From Acidobacteriota bacterium (lineage in GTDB: Bacteria; Acidobacteriota; Vicinamibacteria; Vicinamibacterales; UBA2999), in assembly GCA_021730945.1 (NCBI GenBank), contig JAKFYH010000005.1, positions 73,014-137,013 on the forward strand: 64,000 bases of DNA, read 5' to 3'. Under the pieces are notes generated by a model that saw nothing but the letters and a program-made list of their open reading frames with translations, had not been told where the DNA came from and did no database searches. Below are positions 53,112 through 62,688 of the stretch, one piece after another. How positions within the stretch are numbered: position 1 is the first letter of the stretch; the number at the start of each line of letters is the position of its first letter. Made by a program: the position numbers and the translations under genes.

Positions 53112-53831
53112 ATGGACTTCGTTGGCGTTCTGGGCCGCGTTGACGCGTTTCTGACCGGGCACGGCTGGCGATTCGCTCTGGTCGGCGGCGTCGCTCTTGC
53201 CGCCTACGGAAACCCCCGATTGACGCTGGATTTGGACGTGGTCACCGACGTCGAGGCGCAAGAGGCCCTGGTGGCGTGGATGGAAACCGAGGGCTACCAA
53301 ACGCTGTATCGCTCGTCTGGCTTCTCCAATCATCAACACGCGAATCGCGATCAAGGCAGAGTTGACTTCATCTATGTGCGCGACGAAACGGCGTCCAGGC
53401 TGTTCGCGGGTGTCGACGTGGTGCCCGGCCCAGGCGGCAGACCAGTGCCGGTGCCTCGCAAAGAACATCTGATCGCCATGAAGGTGCAGGCCATGAAGAA
53501 CGATCCGACGCGGACGCTGCAGGAGATGGCTGATGTCGGCTACCTGCTCAAGCTTGATGGCACCGACCGTGAGGAGGCGCGCGGATACTTTGATAGAGCG
53601 GGCTCGCGGCCCAGTGGGAGCAACTGCGTCGTGTCCTCTGATCAGCACCTGAATCTTGATCGCGACCTGCCCGTGACGGCAGAGGATTCTGCGGCGTTGC
53701 GGCGCCTCAAGGCAGAAGTACCGTCGTGGCTGTTGTTGAATGCGCGGGAGCTTCACGCACTGATTCCACCTGAGGGCAGGCGCGTTCGCCCGGTCGCTAA
53801 CGATCGCTGGCTGCCGTTTTCACTGGACTAG
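53112..53831 (+). CDS. Nucleotidyltransferase-fold hypothetical protein, probably frameshifted near 53600 or fused to a downstream small ORF
   Basis: ALVGGVALAAYGNPRLTLDLDVV...VDFIYVRDE...HLIAMKVQAMKNDP resembles small NTase-fold proteins of about 170-190 aa. GC3 is visibly lower than in the neighbours. An alternative frame gives a natural-looking C-terminus (see findings). Confidence 0.55.
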   Translation: MDFVGVLGRVDAFLTGHGWRFALVGGVALAAYGNPRLTLDLDVVTDVEAQEALVAWMETEGYQTLYRSSGFSNHQHANRDQGRVDFIYVRDETASRLFAGVDVVPGPGGRPVPVPRKEHLIAMKVQAMKNDPTRTLQEMADVGYLLKLDGTDREEARGYFDRAGSRPSGSNCVVSSDQHLNLDRDLPVTAEDSAALRRLKAEVPSWLLLNARELHALIPPEGRRVRPVANDRWLPFSLD

Positions 53832-55098
53832 CCGGTAGGCCGATCGCAATCGCGGCACCGACCACCAGCACGCCCGCCAAGGCCAGCAAACCGCCCTCGA
53901 AGCTGCCGGTCGCCTCGCGCACCCAGCCGATCAGGAACGGCCCGGCGAAGCCGCCGATGTTGCCGATCGAGTTGACGATGGCGATGCCGCCGGCGGCGGC
54001 GGTGCCACGCAGCAACGCCGTCGGCATGGCCCAGAAGGGACCCAGGGCGCCCCAGATGCCAAAGGCAGCAATCGACAGCATGGCGAGTGACATGCCGGCG
54101 GTTTGCGGGGCCAGGACAGTCAGCACAAATCCGGTCGCGCCAATCAGGCACGGCACCGCGACGTGCCAGCGTCGCTCGGCCGTGGCGTCCGATCGCGATC
54201 CGATCACCACCAGGCCGATGGTGGCGGCGATGTAGGGGATCGCGGTCAGCAGAATGACTGTTGCCGAACTAAGGTGGCCGGTCGCCTGCACGATCTGCGG
54301 CAGCCAGAAGCTCACGCCGTAGAAGGCGATCACGATGCAGAAATAGAGCGCCGACAGGGCCCACAGTCGTCCGCTCCGGGCGGCAGCGGCCAGCGTGAGG
54401 TGCACGTTCTGCGTTTGCGCCTGCTCGTGAGACATCTCGCGCGTCAGCCACTCGCGTTCGTCCGTCGCGAGCCACAGGGCGTCGGCCGGCCGCTCCGTCA
54501 GCCGTCGCAAGACGACCGGTGCCAGCAGCACGGCGGGCAAGCCTTCAATGATGAACAGCCACTGCCAGCCGCGAAGGCCGGCCATGCCGTCGAGCTGCAG
54601 GATCGCGCTGGAGATCGGTGCCCCGATCACGCCGGCCATGGCGGTGGCGGTCATGAACAACGCGACGGCGCGCGCCCGTTCGCGGGCCGGAAACCAATGG
54701 GTCAGGTACAGGATCAGGCCGGGAAAGAAGCCGGCTTCGGCCGCGCCCAGCAGGAACCGCAACCCGTAGAAGGACAGCGGCGTCGTCACCAACACCATGG
54801 CCATCGACACCAGCCCCCACGAGATCATGATGCGGGCGATCCAGCGGCGGGCGCCGACCCGGGCCAGGATCAGGTTGCTCGGCACCTCAAGCAGCGTGTA
54901 GCTCAAGAAGAAGATCCCCGAGCCGAAGCCGTAGACGGCCGCGCTGAAGCCCAGGTCCCGATTCATGTCGAGGGCCGCATAGCCGACGTTGACCCGGTCC
55001 AGGTAGGCGACGATGTACAGCAGGAACAGGAAGGGGATGAGCCGCCAACGAACCTTGGCAAGCGTGCGCTGCTCGACGTCCGACACGTGCGGCATCAT
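53797..55098 (-). CDS. MFS transporter (anion:cation symporter-like)
   Basis: RLIPFLFLLYIVAYLDRVNVGYAAL...GARRWIARIMISWG and 12 predicted TM-like segments. GGAGG lies upstream of the tandem ATGs at 55098 and 55095. Confidence 0.85.
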   Translation of the reverse strand: MMPHVSDVEQRTLAKVRWRLIPFLFLLYIVAYLDRVNVGYAALDMNRDLGFSAAVYGFGSGIFFLSYTLLEVPSNLILARVGARRWIARIMISWGLVSMAMVLVTTPLSFYGLRFLLGAAEAGFFPGLILYLTHWFPARERARAVALFMTATAMAGVIGAPISSAILQLDGMAGLRGWQWLFIIEGLPAVLLAPVVLRRLTERPADALWLATDEREWLTREMSHEQAQTQNVHLTLAAAARSGRLWALSALYFCIVIAFYGVSFWLPQIVQATGHLSSATVILLTAIPYIAATIGLVVIGSRSDATAERRWHVAVPCLIGATGFVLTVLAPQTAGMSLAMLSIAAFGIWGALGPFWAMPTALLRGTAAAGGIAIVNSIGNIGGFAGPFLIGWVREATGSFEGGLLALAGVLVVGAAIAIGLPASPVKTAASDR

Positions 55099-55144
55099 AC
55101 CTCCGGGAACCCCACCCGCCCGGGCACCGTAGATTTACGTAACC

Positions 55145-57619
55145 ATGGACCGATTCCTCCAAGATCTGCGCTTCGCCTTTCGCGTGCTCTGGAAGGATCG
55201 GAGCTTTGCCGTCACCACGGTGGGCACGCTCGCCCTGTGCCTGGCTGCCAACGTCGCCATCTTCGCCATTGTTGATGGCGTCTTGCTCAAGCCGCTGCCG
55301 TTCGAGCAGCCGGAGCAGTTGGTTCGCATCTACAACAAGTACCCCGGCGCCGGCGTGGCCGTGGCCGACAACGGCGTCCCCGACTACTTCGATCGCCGCC
55401 GCGCCCTGACCGCGCTCGCAGAGCTCGGGATGTTCCGCGAGACCGGCGTCACCATCAGCGGCAGCGGACTCGGCGATGCTGAACGGGTGCAGGCGATGGC
55501 CGTGACCCCCTCGTTCTTCCGAGTGCTCAAGGTGGCGCCCTTTCGCGGCCAGACGTTTACCGAAGCGCAAGGCGAGGTGGGCCAGGAGAAGGTGGTGGTC
55601 CTCGGCTACGGTCTTTGGCAGCGCCTGTTTGGCGGCAAGGACGATGCGATTGGGAAGGACCTGCGGTTGGGCGGGGAACCCTATCGCGTGGTCGGCGTGC
55701 TGGACCCGCGGTTCCGGTTCCTGAATCCCGACATTCAGCTCTACCGGCCGGCCGCGTTCACGGCGCAGGAGAAGTCCGATGAATCACGGCACAGCAACAA
55801 CTTTCAGCAAGTGGGCCGGCTCAAGCCCGGCGCCACCGTGGCCCAGGCCCAGGCGCAGGTCGATGCGCTCAATGCCGCCAACCTTGAACGCTTCCCGGCG
55901 TTCAAGCAGATCCTGATCAACGCCAGGTTTGGCACCGATGTCCTCGACTTCCAGGACAACCTGATCGGCGAGATGCGCCCGACGCTGGCGCTGCTGTGGG
56001 GCGGCGCCATCTTCGTGTTGTTGATTGGCAGCGTCAACGTGGCCAACCTGGCGCTGGTGCGATCGACCGCGCGCGTTCGCGAACTGGCGACCCGGCACGC
56101 CCTCGGCGCCAGTTTCTCGCGCCTGGCCCGGCAGTCGCTGACCGAGTCGGTGCTGCTGGCCTTGATCGGGGGCGCGGCGGGCCTTGGCCTGGGGTGGTGG
56201 GCGCTGCAAGCGGCGCCGTTCTTCGGCTTCGATCGCCTGCCGGCTGGCACCGATGTCGCCATCGATGGACGCGTGGTCGGCTTCACCATGATGCTGGTAT
56301 CGGCCGTCGGCGTCGCGGTTGGCCTCATTCCAGTCATTGCCATGCGGCGGGCGAACATCGCACAGGTGGTTCGCGAAGAGGGCCGCAGCGGCACGCAGGG
56401 GCGCGGACCCCGGCTCATGCGGCGGGTGCTGGTGACCAGCCAGGTGGCCTTCGCCTTGATCCTGCTGATTGGCGCCGGTGTGCTGCTGGCCAGCTTCGAT
56501 CGGGTGTTGCAGATCGATCCGGGGTTCCGCGCCGAGAATGTGCTGACCGGGATGGTCAGTTTGCCCCCGTCCCGCTACGACAGCCCCGAGCGCATCCGGG
56601 CCGCGACCGATCGCATTCTCGAGGGCCTGCGCGCCGTGCCGGGTGTCGAGCTGGCGGGGGCGACGACCAGCATCCCGTTCTCAGGCAACTACAGCGATAG
56701 CGTCATCCTGGCCGAGGGCTATGAGATGAAGCCTGGCGAGTCGCTGATCTCGCCGGGCCAGGTGATGGCATCCGACGGCTACTTTGAGGCCATGGGCGTT
56801 CGCCTGTTGAGCGGCCGGCTGTTCACGCCGAGCGACGAAGGGCGTGCGCGGGTCACGGTGATCGATGAGACGCTGGCGACGCGCTTCTGGCCCAATGGCG
56901 ATGCGCTTGGGCGCCGGCTGTATTTTCCCGCCAGCATCGAAAATCTGCTCGCCAAGCCGGACGAGGATCAGATGATCACCATTGTCGGTGTGATCGCGCC
57001 CATGCGAATCCGCGGGCTGGTGGACTCGGCCAGCAACCGCCGCAACGGCAACTACTTCTTTCCGCTCAGGCAGAATCCGTCACGCGCGTTGGGGCTGGCC
57101 ATCCGCACCCACCAGCAGCCAGCCACCGTCGTCAGTGCCGTCCGGAGCGCGATCGCGCAGATCGATGCCGAGGTTCCCTTCTATGAGGTGCGGACGATGG
57201 AGGAGCGCCAGTCGGCGTCGGTGATGGACCGGCGGACGCCGATGATGCTGGCGATCGGCTTCGCTCTGGTGGCGCTGTTGTTGGCCGGCATCGGCATCTA
57301 CGGTGTGTTGGCCTACCAGGTCTCGCAACGCCGGCGGGAAATTGGCATCCGCATGGCCCTGGGTGCGGCGAGCGGGAGCATTGTCAGCCTGGTCTTGCGA
57401 GAGGGCGGCTTGATGGTGGCGCTGGGCACGGCGTTCGGCGTGGCCGGCGCGTTCCTGCTGCGGCAGACCATCCAGGCGCAACTCTACGAAGTCGGCGCGA
57501 TGGATCCCCGGGTGGTTGTGTCGGTGGCGGCCCTGCTGCTGGGAGTCGCCCTGGTCGCATGCCTGTTGCCGGCCCGCCGGGCGGCCAAGACCGATCCGGT
57601 GATCGCGCTGTCAGAGTAG
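55145..57619 (+). CDS. ADOP-type duplicated MacB/FtsX-like ABC transporter permease
   Basis: N-terminus MDRFLQDLRFAFRVLWKDRSFAVTTVGTLALCLAANVAIFAIVDGVLLKPLPF. Two FtsX-like 4-TM modules. Ends KTDPVIALSE. No adjacent ATPase gene. Confidence 0.9.
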   Translation: MDRFLQDLRFAFRVLWKDRSFAVTTVGTLALCLAANVAIFAIVDGVLLKPLPFEQPEQLVRIYNKYPGAGVAVADNGVPDYFDRRRALTALAELGMFRETGVTISGSGLGDAERVQAMAVTPSFFRVLKVAPFRGQTFTEAQGEVGQEKVVVLGYGLWQRLFGGKDDAIGKDLRLGGEPYRVVGVLDPRFRFLNPDIQLYRPAAFTAQEKSDESRHSNNFQQVGRLKPGATVAQAQAQVDALNAANLERFPAFKQILINARFGTDVLDFQDNLIGEMRPTLALLWGGAIFVLLIGSVNVANLALVRSTARVRELATRHALGASFSRLARQSLTESVLLALIGGAAGLGLGWWALQAAPFFGFDRLPAGTDVAIDGRVVGFTMMLVSAVGVAVGLIPVIAMRRANIAQVVREEGRSGTQGRGPRLMRRVLVTSQVAFALILLIGAGVLLASFDRVLQIDPGFRAENVLTGMVSLPPSRYDSPERIRAATDRILEGLRAVPGVELAGATTSIPFSGNYSDSVILAEGYEMKPGESLISPGQVMASDGYFEAMGVRLLSGRLFTPSDEGRARVTVIDETLATRFWPNGDALGRRLYFPASIENLLAKPDEDQMITIVGVIAPMRIRGLVDSASNRRNGNYFFPLRQNPSRALGLAIRTHQQPATVVSAVRSAIAQIDAEVPFYEVRTMEERQSASVMDRRTPMMLAIGFALVALLLAGIGIYGVLAYQVSQRRREIGIRMALGAASGSIVSLVLREGGLMVALGTAFGVAGAFLLRQTIQAQLYEVGAMDPRVVVSVAALLLGVALVACLLPARRAAKTDPVIALSE

Positions 57620-57673
57620 AAACACCGGCCGCAGCGGGCGGGGAATGGGATGCCGGGATAGAATTTGAGGCTC

Positions 57674-58657
57674 ATGAGCCTCGCCGAGACGTCCGCCCTG
57701 GTCAGCGCCCTCCAGAAAGAGCTTCGCCGCGTCATTGTCGGGCAAGACGAGGTGATTGCCGAGATCCTGACCGCGTTTCTGGCGGGTGGCCACTGCCTGC
57801 TGCGAGGCGTCCCCGGGCTGGCCAAGACCCTGCTGATCAAGACGCTGGCGCAGGCGGTGCACCTGAAGTTCAGCCGCATCCAGTTCACCCCCGACCTGAT
57901 GCCATCGGACATCATCGGCACGGAGGTGATCGAAGAGGACCGCGCCACCGGTGCGCGCAACATCCGCTTCATTCCCGGACCCATCTTCGCCAACATCATC
58001 CTGGCCGACGAGATCAACCGTACGCCGCCCAAGACCCAGGCCGCCCTGTTAGAGGCGATGCAGGAATACCAGGTGACCGTTGGCGGCGTGCGCCACACGC
58101 TCGAGCGGCCACTGTTTGTGCTGGCGACGCAGAATCCGATCGAGCAGGAAGGCACGTATCCGTTGCCTGAAGCCCAGTTGGATCGCTTCATGCTGAACGT
58201 CGTGATCAATTACCCCGGTGCCGGCGACGAGCGCCAGATCCTGGCGCAGACCACCACCGGGCTTGAACCGTCGGCCAGGCCGGTGGCGACGGGCGAGCAG
58301 ATTGAACGAGCACGCCTATTGGTCCGCGAGATTGTCGCCGCCGACAACGTGATCGACTACGCCGCGAGGCTCGTCCGGGCGTCGCGGCCGACGGGCAGCG
58401 AGGCCGACCAGGTGCCGGAGTTCGTGAAGCAGTGGCTGCGCTGGGGCGCCGGTCCGCGCGCCGGGCAGGCGCTGCTGCTGGCCGGCAAGGCCCGCGCGGT
58501 CCTGAACGGGCGGCCCGCGGTCTCGCTTGACGACATCCGGGCAGTCGCACCGCCCGTGTTGCGGCACCGGCTGCTCGTAAACTTCCAGGCGGAGGCCGAC
58601 GGCATTGACGCCGAGACCGTGGTGACACGGTTGCTCGACGCCGTGCCCGCTCGCTAA
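57674..58657 (+). CDS. MoxR-family AAA+ ATPase
   Basis: VIVGQDEVIAEILTAFLAGGHCLLRGVPGLAKT...LADEINRTPPKTQAALLEAMQE...VLATQNPIEQEGTYPLPEAQLDRF. ATG 57674 is preferred over TTG 57665. Confidence 0.9.
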   Translation: MSLAETSALVSALQKELRRVIVGQDEVIAEILTAFLAGGHCLLRGVPGLAKTLLIKTLAQAVHLKFSRIQFTPDLMPSDIIGTEVIEEDRATGARNIRFIPGPIFANIILADEINRTPPKTQAALLEAMQEYQVTVGGVRHTLERPLFVLATQNPIEQEGTYPLPEAQLDRFMLNVVINYPGAGDERQILAQTTTGLEPSARPVATGEQIERARLLVREIVAADNVIDYAARLVRASRPTGSEADQVPEFVKQWLRWGAGPRAGQALLLAGKARAVLNGRPAVSLDDIRAVAPPVLRHRLLVNFQAEADGIDAETVVTRLLDAVPAR

Positions 58658-58663
58658 GCCACC

Positions 58664-59536
58664 ATGTCGCGCGCCCACGTGGTGACATCGGCGGAGTTGC
58701 AGTCGCTCCGCGACCTCGAACTCGTCACGCGCAAGACGGTGGAAGGGTTGCGGCAGGGGCTGCATCGCAGTCCGTTTCATGGCTACAGCGCGGAGTTCAG
58801 CCAGTATCGGCATTACCGGCCCGGCGACGATCTCAAGTACGTCGACTGGAAGGCCTTCGCGCGCACCGACCGGTTGTACACGCGCCAGTTCCGCGAGACC
58901 ACGAACCTGTCGGCCTTGTTCGTGATCGATGTCAGCCGGTCGATGGACTTTGCCGGCAAGTTCGACCTGGCCCGGCAGGTGACGGCCATCCTGGGGACGC
59001 TGGTGTTGGACCAGGGCGATGCCGCGGGCCTGCTGGCGATGGACGATCGCGCGCGCCTGGTGCCGCCGCGCAGCGGCCATCACCACCTCCGGGTGTTTCT
59101 CTCCCAACTGGCGCGGCTGACCCCTGCGAGCACCACCAGCGTGAGCCACGCGCTGAAGCAGGCTGCCAGCGTAATGACGCGGCGGGGCTTGGTGATCGTC
59201 GTGTCGGATTGCTATGAAGAGGACGACGCGCTGACGCAGGTGCGCCGGCTCGCGCGCATGGGGCACGACGTGGTGGTCGTGCACGTGCTCGCCCGCGAGG
59301 AACTATCGCTCGATGTGGGTGGCGCCGCGGAGTTTGTCGATCTCGAGAGCGGACGCACATTGATGGTGCAGCCCTCGGCCATTCGCGATCGCTATGCCGG
59401 CGCCGTGGCGCAGTGGCTGGCCAAGGTGCACGACACTGTGACGCGCGACGGCATGCAGTACCTCCGCCTGGTCACCGGCGCGCCGCTGGAGCCGGCCCTG
59501 CGACGGTTCCTGTTGCAACGGCGTGGAGGCGGGTAG
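58664..59536 (+). CDS. DUF58 (vWA-like) protein
   Basis: GLHRSPFHGYSAEFSQYRHYRPGDDLKYVDWKAFARTDRLYTRQF is the DUF58 hallmark. Follows MoxR. Confidence 0.85.
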   Translation: MSRAHVVTSAELQSLRDLELVTRKTVEGLRQGLHRSPFHGYSAEFSQYRHYRPGDDLKYVDWKAFARTDRLYTRQFRETTNLSALFVIDVSRSMDFAGKFDLARQVTAILGTLVLDQGDAAGLLAMDDRARLVPPRSGHHHLRVFLSQLARLTPASTTSVSHALKQAASVMTRRGLVIVVSDCYEEDDALTQVRRLARMGHDVVVVHVLAREELSLDVGGAAEFVDLESGRTLMVQPSAIRDRYAGAVAQWLAKVHDTVTRDGMQYLRLVTGAPLEPALRRFLLQRRGGG

Positions 59537-59537
59537 C

Positions 59538-60674
59538 GTGCAGGTACTCTGGCTGACGCCGATCGCGTGGCTTGGCCTCACGCTGGTGGCCGTGCCCGTG
59601 GCCATTCACCTGCTGGTGCGCCAGCAAACCCGCCGCGTGGACTATCCGTCCCTGCGCTTCCTGAGGCAGTCTCAGCTGGCGGCGTTTCGCCCGCGGAGCC
59701 CGCGGGACGCGCTGCTGCTGTCGTGCCGCGCGGCGGCGGTCGTGGCGGCGATTGCGGCCCTGGCCGGTCCGGTGCTCACCACCAGTGCCCGCGCCACCGC
59801 CTACAGACAGCGCGTGGCCAGGGCCGTAGTGGTGGAGCCGGGCACCGCAGTTGAGGCGCCGGATGGGGTGACTGGAGACGCGTTGGTCTCGCGCGTGTTT
59901 GCGAGAGACCACCTGGTTGACGCAGTCGCCGACGCCAATCGCTGGCTGGCCGTGCAGCCACCGGCATCCCGCGAGTTGGTGCTGGTTGGGACGTGGCGGC
60001 GCGGCAGCGTCACGGCCGCCGCGCTCGACGCGATCCCGCCCTCCACTGGTGTTCGATTCGTATCGACGAGCGTTCCCGCGCCCAGCCGCGAGGTGCCCTG
60101 GCCTGTGCTTCACGCCGGTTCGGGTGGCGCCCTGGTGCTCGAACGCCGGTCGGTGCGCCTGGACGACGAGGCCACCAGGGTCGCGCCGGGTGTGCAGGTA
60201 CCGGTGGTGCCGGCTCCGGTGCAGATCGTCGCAGCTACCGCGGATCAGCCACTCGCCGAAGCGGCCTTGCGCGCCGCCTTATCGGCGGGCGTGCGATGGT
60301 CGGTCGAAGATACGCGGGTGGTGGTGGCCTGGGCAGGCGCCGACGAGAGTGCCGTGCGCGGGCTGTCGAGCGGGGCGTCGTTGGTCCGCATGAGCAGGCC
60401 GATGCCGGCGTCCGGCGCGGCTTCCGCCGTGCTGGCGGCCATTGAGAGTGTGACCGCACCAGCCACCGATGCACTGGAGCCGGTCGCGATCGGCGTCGAG
60501 CAGTTGCGCGCGTGGTCGCGGCCGCCGGCCGGAGTGCCGGTTGATGCGGTGCCCGTTGATGAGGGCGATCGCCGGTGGCTCTGGGGACTCGCGCTCGGCT
60601 TATTGATGTTGGAGCATGGCCTGCGCCGTTCGCCGGTGGCCGCCTCCGCCAGCGTGGAGACGCGCGTTGCCTGA
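59538..60674 (+). CDS. BatA-like N-terminal double-TM domain protein
   Basis: GTG 59538 is preceded by GGAGG with an 8-nt spacer. VQVLWLTPIAWLGLTLVAVPVAIHLLVRQQTRRVDYPSLRFL is the aerotolerance-operon N-terminal motif. Confidence 0.65.
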   Translation: MQVLWLTPIAWLGLTLVAVPVAIHLLVRQQTRRVDYPSLRFLRQSQLAAFRPRSPRDALLLSCRAAAVVAAIAALAGPVLTTSARATAYRQRVARAVVVEPGTAVEAPDGVTGDALVSRVFARDHLVDAVADANRWLAVQPPASRELVLVGTWRRGSVTAAALDAIPPSTGVRFVSTSVPAPSREVPWPVLHAGSGGALVLERRSVRLDDEATRVAPGVQVPVVPAPVQIVAATADQPLAEAALRAALSAGVRWSVEDTRVVVAWAGADESAVRGLSSGASLVRMSRPMPASGAASAVLAAIESVTAPATDALEPVAIGVEQLRAWSRPPAGVPVDAVPVDEGDRRWLWGLALGLLMLEHGLRRSPVAASASVETRVA

Positions 60675-62688
60675 GGCACCGATTGCCGGCGTCGTCGCTC
60701 GGGTGCGCCGGCGCGCGCGCACCCGGGCTGCGCTGTGGAGCGGCGCCGTTGGTGGCGCGACGGCGACCGCCGTCAGTCTCGCCGCGATGCTGACTGGTCT
60801 CGCCGAACCGACACGACTGCTGTGGTCGGCGACCGCAGGTCTGGCGGCGGGGATCAGTCTTCTCTGGAGGGGATGGCCCCTCACCGCCATCGAGGCGGCC
60901 GGTGCGATCGAGCGGGCGTGGCCGCTCGACAATCTGCTGATTACGGCGGTCGAACTCGGCGAGCAGCCGCGGCCGGTGCGCGCCGACCTTCACGACGAGA
61001 TTCTTCGGCAAGCCCAGGACCGCATCGCCGCCCTGGACGTGGCTGGTGTCGTCCCGCTGCGCCAGCCGCTGGCGGTGATGCTGACCGTGACAGCCGGAAC
61101 CGTGGCGATGCTGACCCTAGGTGCGGGGGGCAGCGGGTCGTCGTTACTCGGTCGTGCCGATGTGCAAGCCATCACGCGGGGGATCGAGGCGTTCTCGGTG
61201 GCGGTGACGCCGCCGCCGTACTCAGGTCTGGCCGGCGACACCTGGGCGTCTCCCGTGCAGATCAGCGTGGCCGCGGGGAGCCGGGTGACGCTGCTGGTCA
61301 CGACGGCGGCCGAAGGCGTGACCGCGGAGTTTGCCGGGCGGCCGGCCATGGCCCTGACCCGCGCCGGCGGCCTCTGGACCGGCGAATGGGTTGCCGACCA
61401 AACGACCGCCGTCTCTCTGCGGCCGGCGGGCGGTGACGCGCGCGATGGGCAGTTCCTGTCGGTGATCGTCGTTCCCGACCTGCCGCCGGTGGTGCAGGTC
61501 CCGGCGCCAGGCCGCGATCTGACGGTGAGCGGCAGCAAGGGGCAGATCACCATCGAGGTCGACGCCCGCGACGATCTCGGCATGGCCGCACTCGCGCTCC
61601 GGTTTACCAAGGCGTCCGGTGGCGGCGAATCGTTGACCTTCACCGAAGGCGAGGTGCCACTCGCGATCACGCGCGTCGACGCGCGCCATTGGCGTGGGCG
61701 AGCCGTGTGGGTGCTCGACGGCCTCAACCTCTCGGACGGCGATGTGCTGGTGTATCGCGCCGTCGGCCGTGACCGCAACCCCAAGGGCAGCCCGGTGCAG
61801 TCGGAGCAGTATCTGGTGGAGGTAGGTGGGCTGGCCGGCGCCGTCGGCGCCGGCTTCGCGCTGCCAGCCGAGGAGAAGAAGTACGCCATCAGCCAGCAGA
61901 TGGTCATCTACAAGACCGAGCAGTTGATTGCATCGGCGAAAGGCGCGCCGGCCGCCGGCCGCGGTGACGGCTGGCTCCAGCAGAACCAGTTACTGGCTGT
62001 CGAGCAGCGGATGGTGCGCGCCGAGGTGGTGTTTCTTGGCGGCGGGGAGGTCCAGGACGAAGTGGAGGAAGCGGCCCATTCGCACGAGGTGGCGGAAGGC
62101 CGCCTGGAGAACACCGGCCGGGCGGAGATGTTGCGCGCCATCAACTTCATGTCGCTGGCCGAAGCGCAGCTGAACGACGGCAACGCCGGCGCCGCCCTGG
62201 TCCTCGAGCGGGAGGCGCTGAAGAGTCTCGAGCGCGCCTTCGATCGCCGGCGCTACTTCCTGCGCACCCTGCCGGACCGCTCGCGGATCGAACCGGCCCG
62301 GCGGCTGAGCGGCGACCTGAAGGATGCCCGATCGTGGCGGCGCGAAGGCCATCGCCCCGGCGCCGCACCGAGCCTGGATCAGTCGCGTTCGCTCATGCGC
62401 GACTTGGCGATGGCCGCCGGCAGCGGCGCCGGCATTGACGCCGGATTGGCCGCGCGGGTCGCCGCGCTCGATCCCGCCGCCACTTCCTTGCAGCAGGCGG
62501 CGGTCGCACTGGCGTCAGCGGCCACCGTCGAGACGCGCGGCGAGGCCGTGTGGCGCGCCATGCAAGCCGTCACCGCGCATGCCCTCGAGTCATTGGGGTC
62601 GGCGAGCACGTTGCCACTGAAAATCGATCCACTCGCCGGCGCGCTGGCCGATGAGCTGGTCCGGTCCGCGCGGGGCGGCAAGCAATGA
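60667..62688 (+). CDS. Membrane-anchored hypothetical protein of the MoxR/Bat-like operon (DUF4175-like by context)
   Basis: Two N-terminal TM segments and a long extracytoplasmic region. The start is uncertain (TTG 60667 overlapping the upstream stop, or the track start 60616). The stop overlaps the next ATG (ATGA). Confidence 0.6.
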   Translation: MPEAPIAGVVARVRRRARTRAALWSGAVGGATATAVSLAAMLTGLAEPTRLLWSATAGLAAGISLLWRGWPLTAIEAAGAIERAWPLDNLLITAVELGEQPRPVRADLHDEILRQAQDRIAALDVAGVVPLRQPLAVMLTVTAGTVAMLTLGAGGSGSSLLGRADVQAITRGIEAFSVAVTPPPYSGLAGDTWASPVQISVAAGSRVTLLVTTAAEGVTAEFAGRPAMALTRAGGLWTGEWVADQTTAVSLRPAGGDARDGQFLSVIVVPDLPPVVQVPAPGRDLTVSGSKGQITIEVDARDDLGMAALALRFTKASGGGESLTFTEGEVPLAITRVDARHWRGRAVWVLDGLNLSDGDVLVYRAVGRDRNPKGSPVQSEQYLVEVGGLAGAVGAGFALPAEEKKYAISQQMVIYKTEQLIASAKGAPAAGRGDGWLQQNQLLAVEQRMVRAEVVFLGGGEVQDEVEEAAHSHEVAEGRLENTGRAEMLRAINFMSLAEAQLNDGNAGAALVLEREALKSLERAFDRRRYFLRTLPDRSRIEPARRLSGDLKDARSWRREGHRPGAAPSLDQSRSLMRDLAMAAGSGAGIDAGLAARVAALDPAATSLQQAAVALASAATVETRGEAVWRAMQAVTAHALESLGSASTLPLKIDPLAGALADELVRSARGGKQ

